A stretch of DNA of 64,000 nt from Tachypleus tridentatus. Its lineage: Eukaryota. The position numbers and the translations under genes were made by a program. The notes under the pieces are model-generated. The model did not search any database and was not told the origin of the DNA. It saw only the letters and a list, made by a program, of their open reading frames with translations. The stretch spans positions 98,959,522 through 99,023,521 of the forward strand of contig NC_134831.1 of assembly GCF_004210375.1 (NCBI RefSeq), written 5' to 3'. Below, one piece after another: positions 41,734 to 52,586 of this stretch (within the stretch, counting starts at the first letter, position 1; every line of letters begins with the position of its first letter).

Positions 41734-44372
41734 GGGTTCCAATTTTTTTTATATACACAAAATATGTGTGAAGTTTCACATTTTGGTTCCTTTCTTTATA
41801 ATAACTGTAGTAATGGACAAAATAAAAGGTTTACTCAATAGAACTCACCATATGTTTAGAGCTCCAAAGGTAAATAAAACAAAACAATAATTTGAGGGTT
41901 AACAAATTTTCAACCAATGATTATAGTGCATTTTGATAATACTGAGATATATTACATGCAATCAGAATTGACTGCACTCATTAAAAGAGCATATATCATA
42001 AACAAATGTGTTAGTTAATTCACAATCTATATAGTGTAAACTTACATTGGACATTTATCCTAAAATATACATGTCTGTTACAGAACTATACCCTGTCTGT
42101 TAAGAATAATTTGTTGAAACCAAAATTTACAAATATTACTATTACATTATATTAGATTAGATATATTTAAACAACAGTATAATTACACCTTTTCCTAGCT
42201 TTCTTATGATAATTACTTCTAATGTGGTTGGATGTTGTACAAATATCATATTGTACAGACATATTCTAAAATAAAAGTGCATATCAGTGAAGAATTCATA
42301 CCCAGTGTTTGTCTGTAACTTTAACATTCCTTTTCTTTATTAAACGTTAATAATAACAAAACCACTGTTTGTTAATTTAATCCCAGTAAAACTATGACAA
42401 AGTAATACTATACTATTACTAGCAGTATCGCTTGCACTGCAAATAGCACAGGTGAGAAAAATATTAAGTATTGACGTAAGTATAATTAATTTAATTATTA
42501 AATACTTTAATATGTTCATACTCTAACTCACCTCTTTAACATTTTTTTAAGTACAAGTTAACTAAATTTAAAATTTAACTTAAACTTTAATAAATTAATG
42601 TTACAGCATTACTTTGAGCACTTGTAAAAATGTTTGCTAAATACCGCCCTTTAGTTACGATATCAAAAACAAACAAATTGACCAATTTTATAACTCCGCG
42701 TTTGTATAGAAAACAGTGGATATTAATATTCGTACATGTATTACTAGTTTTCTCAACTCGTTCCTACCAGAAACAGGGAAGACGTTTATACTTTCACAGT
42801 CCAATATTTCACCCTGTATTCATATTATTATTACACAAACTATTGCTCAAAATGGTGAAATAAAATACTATCTACTCGTCCCAGCCGAAGATAAATTACG
42901 ATGTTGTTTTGTTTGAAGTTTCATATTGTAATCCATGAGAGGGCCCTAAAAATGACCGATTTGTTCCATCTGAGGTAGCAAATTCTAAAGTTTATGTTTT
43001 ATGAAAACGTAATTTCGATATGAACTGTTTTGGCATGATAAACATCTGGTTAAAATCGATTTTTTTATATTTTTTCATCGTCTTCTCCGCATCCCCTATG
43101 TTTTGTGCAGTGCCAGTGCCAAGAGGGGGATTTGTCCCGAGAGAACGCTCTGCTCCAAATTGACCCTCCAGTAAAAATTTGAAAAATTACCGAAGAAGTA
43201 AATATGAAGAGTCTGTTGGCTAAAATAAGAAAATGTATGCTCTTTAACGGGACTCAGATTTGGGTTATTAATCCACCTTGATAAAACCTTTGAGACAAAT
43301 AGTCCCTCCAAACACAAATAACATCTGTCACCTCAGAAGGAGACCTTGTCCCTCACTTGCTTCACCACTGAATAAAATCTGATGCTTCTGCTGGATTTGT
43401 GATTTTCTAACCTCGAGGGGGAGTCTTCCAAGTAAATGTCATTTCTAAGTGTTAGTACTTACCTCCATCCGCTTTGCTTCAAACTTAGTACTAAATTAAA
43501 CTGTGTGACTGAAAAAAGAAAAAGACTATGAAATTTCATGTTGATATTTACTACAGCTTAGGAGTCATTTCCGTTTTATCTCAAAATGATCAACTTTTTT
43601 TATTGCAAAACATTCAAAATAATATTGATTATTAGTGAAAAATTGGAAATAAATATGCCGGTAATCACTAATTTTGTATGGTTTACATAAATCCAATATT
43701 TGCATGGGAATAACGTAGCGTTTTGGAACAACGTGGGACCTCTTGAGCTGCCTCAGCTGTTCCATATTCTAAACTAAACTACAACTATTGACAAATATAT
43801 TTTTAAAAGATCTTAAAGCTGGTCCTTATCATTCATGTACTTATTAAACTTTTCAAAACTTATTTACGTTTACTTCATTCACATCTGAAGACAACTACCC
43901 TGTTAGAAAAATGAAAATGCCATAGCATGATGCTACCTTTCCAAAATTTATACTTGTACCCCCTAATCGTACTATCCTCATTGTCAAAAAAAAAAGATTA
44001 TGCATTAACACTATCAATTTCCTTTATAATTTAAATACCCCAATCATATCCTCCCTAACTTTTCTTTTTCGAGAAAACACAGTTTGATAGATTTCACTCT
44101 CTCCTCATATGACAACCTTTCCATCACAGACATCATTCAAGTAACCCTTCGCTGAACCCTCTTCAATATTTCAGTGTTTTTCCTTAAGTAAGGATTCCAA
44201 TATAATGTTCAAAATGGGGCCTAAACAGCCACTTAGACAAGGAATTAAAAACCTGTCTGCTTTCTGGGTGTCGTGTATTGACATGACCGATATAATGCTA
44301 TTCTTAATCCGTTTTTCAGGTGAATATTACTGGCTTCTATATTTAAGCTTGCTTTGTGCCATCATTCCTTGA

Positions 44373-45079
44373 ATGTTTGTGTATGATAAACTCAGTTATG
44401 CACAGCACTTATCAGTATATTATGCAGACATACAACAACTAATGAACAAGCATCCGTTTGCCTTCGCTCATTTCAAAGCTGGGTCTGCAGATAAACTCCT
44501 TCGTGTAAAAGAAACAAGAGAAAAGGCATACCAAGAATTAAAAAATAATCATCTTAAATCCCCAAAAAACTTCATGATAATATGATCAAACACAAGCTAA
44601 AAACATTTCCTAACCTCAAGGAGAGAAGTGTAGCTCAAAGGAGAAAGCCATTCGCTTGGCCACATGCTCATAACTGCATAGAAAAGAAACGTAACATTAA
44701 AGAAGTGCTCGCACACTCATTGTATTTATTTCCATGGTCACTAGCCAATTTTTATGGCTCACCATGGAAGATTAACAAGGCAGCTTTCAGCAGGGAAATG
44801 ACAAAGAATTTATCATCGGCAAAAAGTATTGCATCATTGGCGAAATGACATTTATTAACAAGGTAAGAGGAAACAACAAGATTTTTGCCGAATCAGCAGA
44901 ATATGCATTGTCAGTTATTTCACACGATGCAACAGTTGGTTGAAGGATTAATGTTTTTGATATCTACTGTGAATATGGAAAGACGTAACAGAAGGTCTGC
45001 AGCAGATCAAGTACAACAGAACAGTGAAGGAAATGTTTGGATAACTCAGAAAACAAAGAAAGGCTTATTACATTTCTGA
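44373..45079 (+). pseudogene. Three consecutive plus-strand ORFs (44373-44585, 44582-44848, 44885-45079) in shifting frames; unassigned, possibly a decayed gene or transposon ORF
   Basis: Contiguous ORFs separated by one frameshift and one stop, with slightly higher GC than surroundings. I recognise no domain, so this is weak. Confidence 0.12.
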
Positions 45080-45132
45080 CAACTAAGTGGAAGAAATAAA
45101 AGACTTTTTTTCTCATTTTCTGGTAGGTCAGT

Positions 45133-45392
45133 TTGGTTTGATTTGTTTTGAATTTCGTGCAGAGCTACACGAGGACTATCTGTGCTAGCAGTGTAAGACA
45201 AGAGGGAAGGCAGCTAGTCGTCATCACCCACCGCCAACTCTTGGGTTACTCTTTTACCAACGACTAGTGGGATTGGCCGTAACAGTATAATGTCCCCATG
45301 GCTGAAAGGGCGAGCATGTTTGGTGTGACGGGGATAGGTCAGTGGTAATTCTAATACCTTACAATGCTAAAAATCGGCTTGCGATACTCCTA
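45133..45392 (-). mobile_element. tRNA-derived SINE copy (minus orientation), variant with a different tRNA-like head
   Basis: Body tttgaatttcgtgcagagctacacgaggactatctgtgctagcagtgtaagacaagagggaaggcagctagtcgtcatcacccaccgccaactcttgggttactcttttaccaacgactagtgggattggccgtaac... is shared with the other copies. The head region ...ggggataggtcagtggtaattctaataccttacaatgctaaaaatcggcttgcgatactcc differs from the main family. Confidence 0.6.
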
Positions 45393-45703
45393 GTGAGCAG
45401 AGAACAGATAGCAATTGTATTTAATAACAAACTTTCTCTTTTTTATCGTGATTTCATAAAAAAATAAAATTCAAAATTACAATTACACTTTCTCTTATAT
45501 TTAAATATAATCAGGCAAGAAGCATATAATACAGGTTGTCGTTGAATTACCAAAGGTCATAAGATTTTATTCATTGTAGAATTTGAACATACATGTCAAG
45601 AAAACATTTGGAAACTTTGTTAATTATGTTTTTAATATTTAGTTATTTTTTATTTTGCAGGACGTGATGAACACATGACATCTTCAGTTTTCTGAAAACC
45701 TGG

Positions 45704-45969
45704 GGTTTGTTTTTTGGAATTTCGCACAAAGCTACTCGAGGGCTATCTGTGCTAGCCGTCCCTAATTTAGCAGTGTAAGACTAGAGGAAAGGCAGCTAGT
45801 CATTACCACCAACTCTTGGGCTACTCTTTTACCAACGAATAGTGGGATTGACCGTAACATTATACAACCCCACGGCTGGGAAGGCGAGCATGTTTAGCGC
45901 GACGCGAGCGCGAACCCGCGACCCTCGGATTACGAGTCGCACGCCTTACGCGCTTGGCCATGCCAGGCC
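45704..45969 (-). mobile_element. tRNA-derived SINE copy (minus orientation), flanked by ~9-bp target-site duplication aaaacctgg (45695-45703 and ~45972-45980)
   Basis: gtttgttttttggaatttcgcacaaagctactcgagggctatctgtgctagccgtccctaatttagcagtgtaagactagaggaaaggcagctagtcattaccaccaactcttgggctactcttttaccaacgaatagtgggattgaccgtaac...gcgaacccgcgaccctcggattacgagtcgcacgccttacgcgcttggccatgccaggcc. Poly-T (poly-A on minus) at the left, tRNA-like head at the right; direct repeats on both flanks. Confidence 0.8.
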
Positions 45970-46792
45970 TTAAAAACCTGGAGAGAAATATGTAACAATG
46001 TTTAAAGAACACTGCTTTCGAGATAGGTCTAGGATCAAAGGCCATGTCATAGCGTTTCTTGACTAACATTCAAACTGTTATTGAACTATTATTTTATGAA
46101 TTTATGTTATTAAGTTTGGGATATCAAACTATAGATTATAATTCAAATTTTCCTGTTATACATTATTTAGTTTGTTAGTTTAAAGGTAAATATTAAAAAC
46201 ACATCTAAACATCGACTTTTGTTTCTCATGGTGTGTTGAATGCATTACTGGTTCAAATTATATGTTTGTGAAGTCAAAATACTCAGTGTGTAACTTTGTA
46301 CGAATTATAAACTCAAATTACCAATATTGACAAACTAGAATACAAAATAATTACATCCCACCTTTTCTGTTTGCTGAGATATCGCTCTTGTACTGAATCA
46401 AATACAATGGTCCACTCACCACTTTCCAGTTTTGAAAACTGTCCCTTTTATACAGTCATATCTCTATATGACATGTAATAACCAATAGAAAGCAAAGAAT
46501 GCTTCTTTAGTGTTTTTTCTTAGCCATTTTCAAATACACTGCTGGCCAAAATCTTAAGGCCAATGAACATAAAGAAAAATATGCATTTTGCGTTGTTAGA
46601 CTCAACCACTTATTTGAGTAGAGCTTCGAAAGATGAAAATAAGAAAAAAGAAAGTAAAAATAAAAACTCTTTTAGCATTTAATAGGGAAAATGTGAACGC
46701 TATGAAATTAGCCTAAATACTAGCTGGTCAAAAGTTTAAGACAATACCAAAAAGAAGTCCTAAACAGGGTAGGAAATGCCAAACAAGAGGTC

Positions 46793-47801
46793 TCAGTAGT
46801 GAGTTGTACGGCCGTCATTGCAAATAACTTCAAAAATTCGCTTTGGCATGGTCGATATAAGCGTTTGCAGAAGGCTGGCTGGAATGTTATTCAAAGTGGT
46901 GAAGATGGCTTCACAAAAATTATGCATTATTTGGAATTGACGTCCATTTCTGTAGATTTCCCTTGTCATCCACCCCCAAACATTGTCAACGGGGTTCAGT
47001 TCAGGCGAACACGCTTGATGGTCCAAAAGAATCACGTTATTCGCCATGAAAAGTCCTTTGTCCTGCGGGCATTGTGGATTGCAACATTGTCCTGCTGAAA
47101 GATCCAGTCCACACAAGCGAGGGCCTTCAGTCAATAAGGATGCTCTCTCCAACATGCCAATGTAGCCTGCTGCTGTTTGACAGCCCTATATAACCTGAAG
47201 CTCCATTGTTCCATGAAAGGAGAAAAGCACCCCAGATCATGAAGGAACCTCCTCCACTGTGTCGTGTAGAAAATGTCTTCGGTTGGATATCCTTATCGTG
47301 CCAGTAACGTTAGAAGCCATCTGGACCATCCAGGTTAATTTTTTTCTCATCAGAGAACAAAACATTCTTCCACTTTTCTACATCCCATGTTTGGTGCTTC
47401 TCAGCAAAGTTTAACCGAGCTGTTTCATGGTGTGGAAGGAGACGTGGCCTTTGAAGATAGTTACAGTTTTTAAAGCCTTTCTCTCGTATATGCTGTCTTA
47501 TTGTTCTTGAGCCGCATTCTACGTCCGTAAAAGCCTTAATCTAGTTTGACGATCGGCTGGTGTCTTGCCGGACGACCCGTCGAATCCTCCTGCTCAACAC
47601 CAGCAAAATTTTCTTGGGCCGACCACTTGAAATTCTCGTTCCATATCCCTCAGGGTCTTTTAAGAAATTTGCAACAGCAGTTTTAAGACGTCCAATCTCA
47701 CCAACGATGGCACGTTGAGAGAGACCTTGCTTTTGCAGCTCCACAATTCTGCCACGCTCAAACTCTGTCAACGTTTTAGCCTTTGCCACGTATTTACCCA
47801 A
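46793..47801 (-). pseudogene. Tc1-like transposase, frameshifted into at least two ORFs (N-terminal helix-turn-helix ORF 47541-47801; C-terminal catalytic ORF 46793-47155)
   Basis: N-terminal part MGKYVAKAKTLTEFERGRIVELQKQGLSQRAIVGEIGRLKTAVANFLKDPEGYGTRISSGRPKKILLVLSRRIRRVV.. resembles Tc1/Sleeping-Beauty-type paired-like DNA-binding domains. C-terminal part ..NNVILLDHQACSPELNPVDNVWGWMTREIYRNGRQFQIMHNFCEAIFTTLNNIPASLLQTLISTMPKRIFEVICNDGRTTHY aligns to the Tc1 motif ..[25 protein letters not shown]...MPRR...AVI.AKGG.TKY. The central catalytic region is broken by frameshifts, and the third catalytic residue reads D (NPVD) instead of E. Confidence 0.8.
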
Positions 47802-48116
47802 TGTAACACAGGAGATGTCAGTGGGAGATATTGATAACGCTAATGCTTGAACACAAATGACTAAATTTCGTTACGTGTTTACAGATTAACGCTTCGTTTC
47901 TGTACGGTTTTAAACGTTTGACCAGCTAGTATTTAGGCTAATTTTATAGTGTTTACATTTTCCGTATTAAATGCTAAAAAGTTTTTTAATTTTATTTTCC
48001 TTTTCTTATTTTCATCTTTCGAAGCTCTACTCAAATAAGTGGTTCAGTCTAACAACGCAAAATGCGTATTTTTTCTTTATATTCATTGGCCTTTAGATTT
48101 TGGCCAGCAGTGAACA

Positions 48117-48396
48117 TTAACTTGTTTGTTTGTTTGGAATTTCGCACAAAGCTACTCGAGGGCTATCTGTGCTAGCCGTCCCTAATTTAGCAGTGTAAAA
48201 CTAGAGGGAAGGCAGCTAGTCATCACCACCCACCGCCAACTCTTGGGCTACTCTTTTACCAACGAAAAGTGGGATTGACCGTCACATTATACGCCCCCAC
48301 GGCTGGGAGGGCGAGCATGTTTAGCGCGACGCGGGCGCGAACCCGCGACCCTCGGATTACGAGTCGCACGCCTTACGCGCTTGGCCATGCCGGGCC
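48117..48396 (-). mobile_element. tRNA-derived SINE copy (minus orientation) nested in the Tc1 3' inverted repeat; 11-bp target-site duplication agcagtgaaca at 48106-48116 and 48397-48407
   Basis: Sequence ttaacttgtttgtttgtttggaatttcgcacaaagctactcgagggctatctgtgctagccgtccctaatttagcagtgtaaaactagagggaaggcagctagtcatcaccacccaccgccaactcttgggctactcttttaccaacgaaaagtgggattgaccgtcac...gcgaacccgcgaccctcggattacgagtcgcacgccttacgcgcttggccatgccgggcc. An identical 11-mer on both sides includes the Tc1 terminal CAGTG. Confidence 0.8.
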
Positions 48397-50004
48397 AGCA
48401 GTGAACAAAAATGGACATCTCTTTCTTTCGAAACAAACATTCGTACTGGTAAGTTGAGTTCTTAGCCTGTTTGAAATATATTTTATTAAACCCAAATAGA
48501 GCTAAGTTACTAAATTATAAAGGAAACCTGTGATATCGATATAGTAATTTATGTTTTTTGTTATTCAAATATATGTATAAAATCTATAAATACAATTCAC
48601 ATTTTCCACATGTGCATTTTTTACAGCTTAGTAGGCTTCAAGCAGCAACCAAGTACAAAGGACAGAATTAGTGAGTAGTTCATAATAAGAAATGGCGCAC
48701 AGAAGATATCGCTAGTAGTTTTACAGTTAAACAAAATGCAAATATGATTTTTTGTATTATTTCAATTTTTCTGTTGTCGTCAAAATATAGTTTGTTTGAT
48801 CTGGTTTTCAATGAAATTATCCCTGTTCTTAACCCTACTTCCGTTCTTTTAACTCTTCTGTCAAATTCTTACCTCTTAATCTTTCTACAATTGTTATGGT
48901 CTTGTGTTAATTGTTTTCCTGTCATTTTTCTCTCAATTTTTAACTATTTCCAACAAATTCCTGTTTTAACTCTTATTATTTTAAAGTTACATCTAGTTGA
49001 GTCTTTTTTTTTTTTTATCAAAACAACTCCACTTTTGACACCAGAATTTTAACAGTTTCTATCGTCGGGCGAGTTTTTAGATTGCTGTTAAAAATCTTGC
49101 AAAGACCATTCCACTTGACGCTAACAAAAGCGAATTATTTATTTCACCATAAATACAAGTACTATAGGCAGGGTTCGTTGCTGTGACAAATTCCCAAATA
49201 AAACTTAACAATTCCTCAGTAACAAACTCTATAGTCTATACCTCTTGAAATCCAAGTTCCAAATACACACTAAAGTAGTTGATAAATATCATTTCACTGA
49301 AATCTTTAACGAAACCCGACTCCACGGGCCATCCAATCATGTACACGTAATATCTAAAGGTCATAGTTGCACCTATGTATAAACCGTAATAAAGATGACC
49401 GGTCACATGGTATCGAATGTTGCTAAGGTTAATACAACGTTCTTTCGAAGCCAGAAACCTCGAATGTAGTTACTTGGGTGTTTTAGACCGGAGAAAACGA
49501 CTTCCAAAGGTAACGTAAGTAACTATAGAGTATTTTTGTTTCTTGTATTATAAATATTTTTATTTGTGCATTACACATTATGCTCAGGCTATTTATTCCT
49601 TAGAAGGCTTAGCTTAAGCCCATTAGGTGAAACCTTTAGCATTATTTTTAATACTTGTATCTTAATTATTGTTTGTATTACAGAAAAGCTATACTGGGTA
49701 CCCTGATGTGTCCACCGCGAGTAGTTGAAGCCCAGATTTTAGAGTTGTTATTGTGTAAACTTATCACTGTCCCAGCAAGGACGTATCTTGATTAAATGAC
49801 TGGGTTACGAGAGCACTTTGAATGTCTTCAGATATGCTAGCTTCTGTTTAAATAGAACCAGGACTTTAACATATCACTGTGTTTCATTATAGATCCACTA
49901 CTGTATGTGACGATTGTGCGTTGCCATATTTTAATTCCAATTTCCATTTTAGTTTTATTTCGAATTTTTCAACATTTAAGACAGTTCCGGAACGTAAACT
50001 AAAC

Positions 50005-50190
50005 AGCATTTACTCGTGTCCGACTGTGGGTTATTTTAAAGTGAAATTACACAGGACTATCTGCTGTGTCCCCAGAGGGAAATCGAACCCCAGGTTTTAA
50101 TGTTTTAAGTTTGTAAACGCACCGCTATCTCGCTGCAGGGAATCAAACCTTGAATTTTAGCATTGCAAGCGATAAACCAATAGGGACACG
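50005..50190 (-). mobile_element. Short SINE-related copy (minus orientation): partial family body (acacaggactatctgctgtg) followed by two tandem degenerate tRNA-like segments
   Basis: gtgaaattacacaggactatctgctgtgtccccagagggaaatcgaaccccaggttt...ctgcagggaatcaaaccttgaattttagcattgcaagcgataaaccaatagggacacgg. The reverse complement contains GGGGTTCGATTTCCC and GGTTTGATTCCC (B-box-like). The ttttagcattgcaag segment is shared with the head of the 45133-45392 copy. Confidence 0.45.
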
Positions 50191-50298
50191 GTTTCTTTTC
50201 GATTCATCTGCACATGTTCTTATTGTCACGTCCCATTCACGAAAATACTCGAATCTCTCGGTAGGCACGGTTAGCTTATATTAATCCTCCAAATCGCG

Positions 50299-50563
50299 AG
50301 GCCCAGCATGGCCAAGTGGTTAAGGCACTCGACTCGTAATCCGAGGGTCCCGGGTTCGAATCCCTGTCAGACCAAACGTGCTCGCTCTTTCAGGCATGGG
50401 GGCGTTATAATGATACGACCAATCCTACTATTCGTTGATAAAAAGAGTAGCCCAAGAGTTGGCGGTGATGACTAACTGCCTTCCGTCTAGACTTACACTG
50501 CTCAAGTGGGGACGACGAGCGCAGATAGCTCTTGTGTAGCTTTGCGCGAAATTAAAAAAAAAA
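50299..50563 (+). mobile_element. tRNA-derived SINE copy (plus orientation): best-preserved tRNA-like head, then family body, then A-rich tail
   Basis: GGCCCAGCATGGCCAAGTGGTTAAGGCACTCGACTCGTAATCCGAGGGTCCCGGGTTCGAATCCCTGTCAGACC followed by the reverse complement of the shared body (..gatacgaccaatcctactattcgttgataaaaagagtagcccaagagttggcggtgatgactaactgccttcc..gcagatagctcttgtgtagctttgcgcgaaatt) and aaaaaaaaaa. The anticodon arm is non-canonical (CTCGACTCG duplication), so this is not a functional tRNA gene. Confidence 0.8.
50308..50362 (+). promoter_or_regulatory. Putative internal Pol III promoter of the SINE: A box TGGCCAAGTGG (50308-50318) and B box GGTTCGAATCC (50352-50362)
   Basis: Matches the consensus A box TRGCNNAGTGG and B box GGTTCGANTCC with tRNA-like spacing. 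The other SINE copies carry mutated B boxes (GGTTCGCGCCC). Confidence 0.5.
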
Positions 50564-52586
50564 CAATTAGTAATTTATGACATCCAAAAAAGTTTCTTTT
50601 AAGGAAGGAGAAACGACTCTTAAAAACCCAAATCATTTCCTTTTAAAAAAACCTTTATTTTTATTACATAAATACAAGACAAAATAATTCTCTACGCACA
50701 GTTTCAATATATTTCTGAAGGCACTATTTTAGTGTTAAAGCTTAAGAATAAATTTTTGCAATGAAAACAATAACAACTACATAATATATATATATGTTAT
50801 GACATGTCATATTAAAGTTATTTTAACATGACTTACTTTTAAGGCAAAATCTTGATTCGTATTTATGTTACAAATAAAAAACGTTTAAAGTTATATTAAT
50901 AATAAAAAACAATAATTATGTTTACATTTTTATCTACTGAAACTTGAACTATCGAAACTTTTGACACATAAAATACTTGGAGTTTTTCATTCTTATATAA
51001 TAACATCTTTACTTTTCTTATTTCTACAAGATAACACAGATGGCGTTTACAAGTCTTACAGGGATAATATGTAAATACACATCTGAAACACTACAATATC
51101 CATAATACTTGCTTATCCGTAACATCGTGTCAAAAATTTTAAAACTATATTAAAATTATAGATATTATTTTAAAAAAACTACTGATACCCAAATATTTTA
51201 AAATGAATTCACGAGCTTCATTTTGAATAAAATGAAATGGGTTGCTTTTATTAAAATAATAAATGATAAAACCCGAATTTAGTATATTTCAAAATAATGT
51301 TTACGATTAAAAACATAAGGGTGTAATATATTGAAATAACTAATTGTAGTTTGAAAAATTTTTGTGCAATAAATAACAAAATTCAATTGTTGTGACAATA
51401 AAATAATTGAAATCTTTATCTTTCTATTTTATTTTTTAACACATCGAAAACCTAAATAAATATCTGAACAGTTACAACACATATTTAAACAATTTCATAA
51501 AAACTGTACCAGTTTAAACATTAGATGATAAATTCAGTGGACTTTTGATTATTGAGATATCTGAACAATTTTCTCAAGATTTTATAATCAAAGGAAGTTG
51601 TCATATAAATATTATGTAGATAAGTTTTACAAAAACTTTTAAACGAAATTACAAAAACAACTATTGGATATAAGCTAATGATTATTGTGACAATTTGCTG
51701 AATAATAATTGATATTAAAAATTGTCTAACCTCACGTCTTGGGAAGATTTCATGTAAATAATACATTATTAAAATATTTTATGACAGATAAATAATTTCC
51801 AGAAAAGCAGTAGTTGTATTACAATAAAAATGGTCAATCACTTTCTTCATTTCTTGGAAATTTGTGAAGAATTTATGTAGACACAGAAATCTAGGGGGAG
51901 CAAAAACATATAAAAATAAAATCCTAAATTCTCTGTCACTGATATTGTGTTCTCACGTATGATTAAAGCAAAAAGAACTAAATAAACTTAGTTAGAGATT
52001 ATTTAATTTTATGATTTCTGTAGTTTCTAAACAGTCCCTTTCTTTCCTTTTCTTTAAGTGTTAGGTTCTCATAGAAGAATAATTTCATCCCAAAGTAGTT
52101 TGTGACTTGTTTCATACTGATGATACATTAAGACAGAAATCTCGTCTAAAATACGTAGATGATATCTTCAACGTATGGCAACATGGGAAAGAGACACCAC
52201 ACTACGCAATTTCAATGAATTCTTAGACACGTTAAAACCTAATATCATAATCTTCATACATGAAATAGAATCCAACAATTCTCTTCCATTTTAGATGTGA
52301 CTGTAAAAAGAGATAATGATAAAGTATACATAGGTAATACCATTCCATCACCATGTTGCCACACATAAGATCTAATCACCATTTATCACAGAAAATATCC
52401 TCCTACTTCATTTACATACATTGTGTCAGAAAACTTGACATCAACAGAGAAGACTTATTTATTGATTTGAACTATTTAAATAACACACTACTATCTAGAG
52501 GTTCCAATCCCAATATCACTGGTAGAGCTTGTATCAAACTTCAAAACAGTGTAAAATATTATGTTAACTCTGATTTATCACATATA

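Larger units (their letters stand above)
46537..48403 (-). mobile_element. Tc1-family (Tc1/mariner) DNA transposon, ~1.58 kb core (46537-48112) with ~225-bp inverted repeats starting CACTGCTGGCCAAAA. The 3' terminus is duplicated at 48395-48403 because a SINE (48117-48396) inserted into the last bases of the 3' inverted repeat
   Basis: 5' end TA|CACTGCTGGCCAAAATCTTAAGGCCAATGAACATAAAG... and reverse complement of 3' end ...CACTGCTGGCCAAAATCTAAAGGCCAATGAATATAAAG... match over ~225 bp at about 92 percent. The termini resemble C. elegans Tc1 (CAGTGCTGGCCAAAAAG). TA on the 5' flank; the 3' flank reads AA. Internal minus-strand ORFs encode the transposase N-terminal helix-turn-helix and C-terminal catalytic segment. 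Confidence 0.85.

Noticed and set aside
41393-41779. ORF 41393..41779 (-) 128 aa with VIRRIVTVTFCLT repeats
   Set aside because: Produced by the 39-bp (13-codon) minisatellite.
45860-46069. GC-rich ORFs 45860..46069 (-) and 48269..48457 (+) with Arg/Ala/Pro-rich peptides
   Set aside because: They lie entirely within the GC-rich tRNA-like heads of SINE copies; their compositional bias creates the open frames.
46799-47098. Plus-strand ORF 46799..47098 (99 aa)
   Set aside because: It is antisense to the Tc1 transposase remnant and has no independent support.
50299-50371. tRNA gene call for the cloverleaf-like GGCCCAGCATGGCCAAGTGGTTAAGGCACTCG...GGTTCGAATCCC
   Set aside because: It is followed directly by the conserved SINE body and an A-rich tail. 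The same head is found in reverse orientation in other copies fused to the same body. The anticodon arm is non-canonical (duplicated CTCGACTCG). This is a SINE head, not a tRNA gene.
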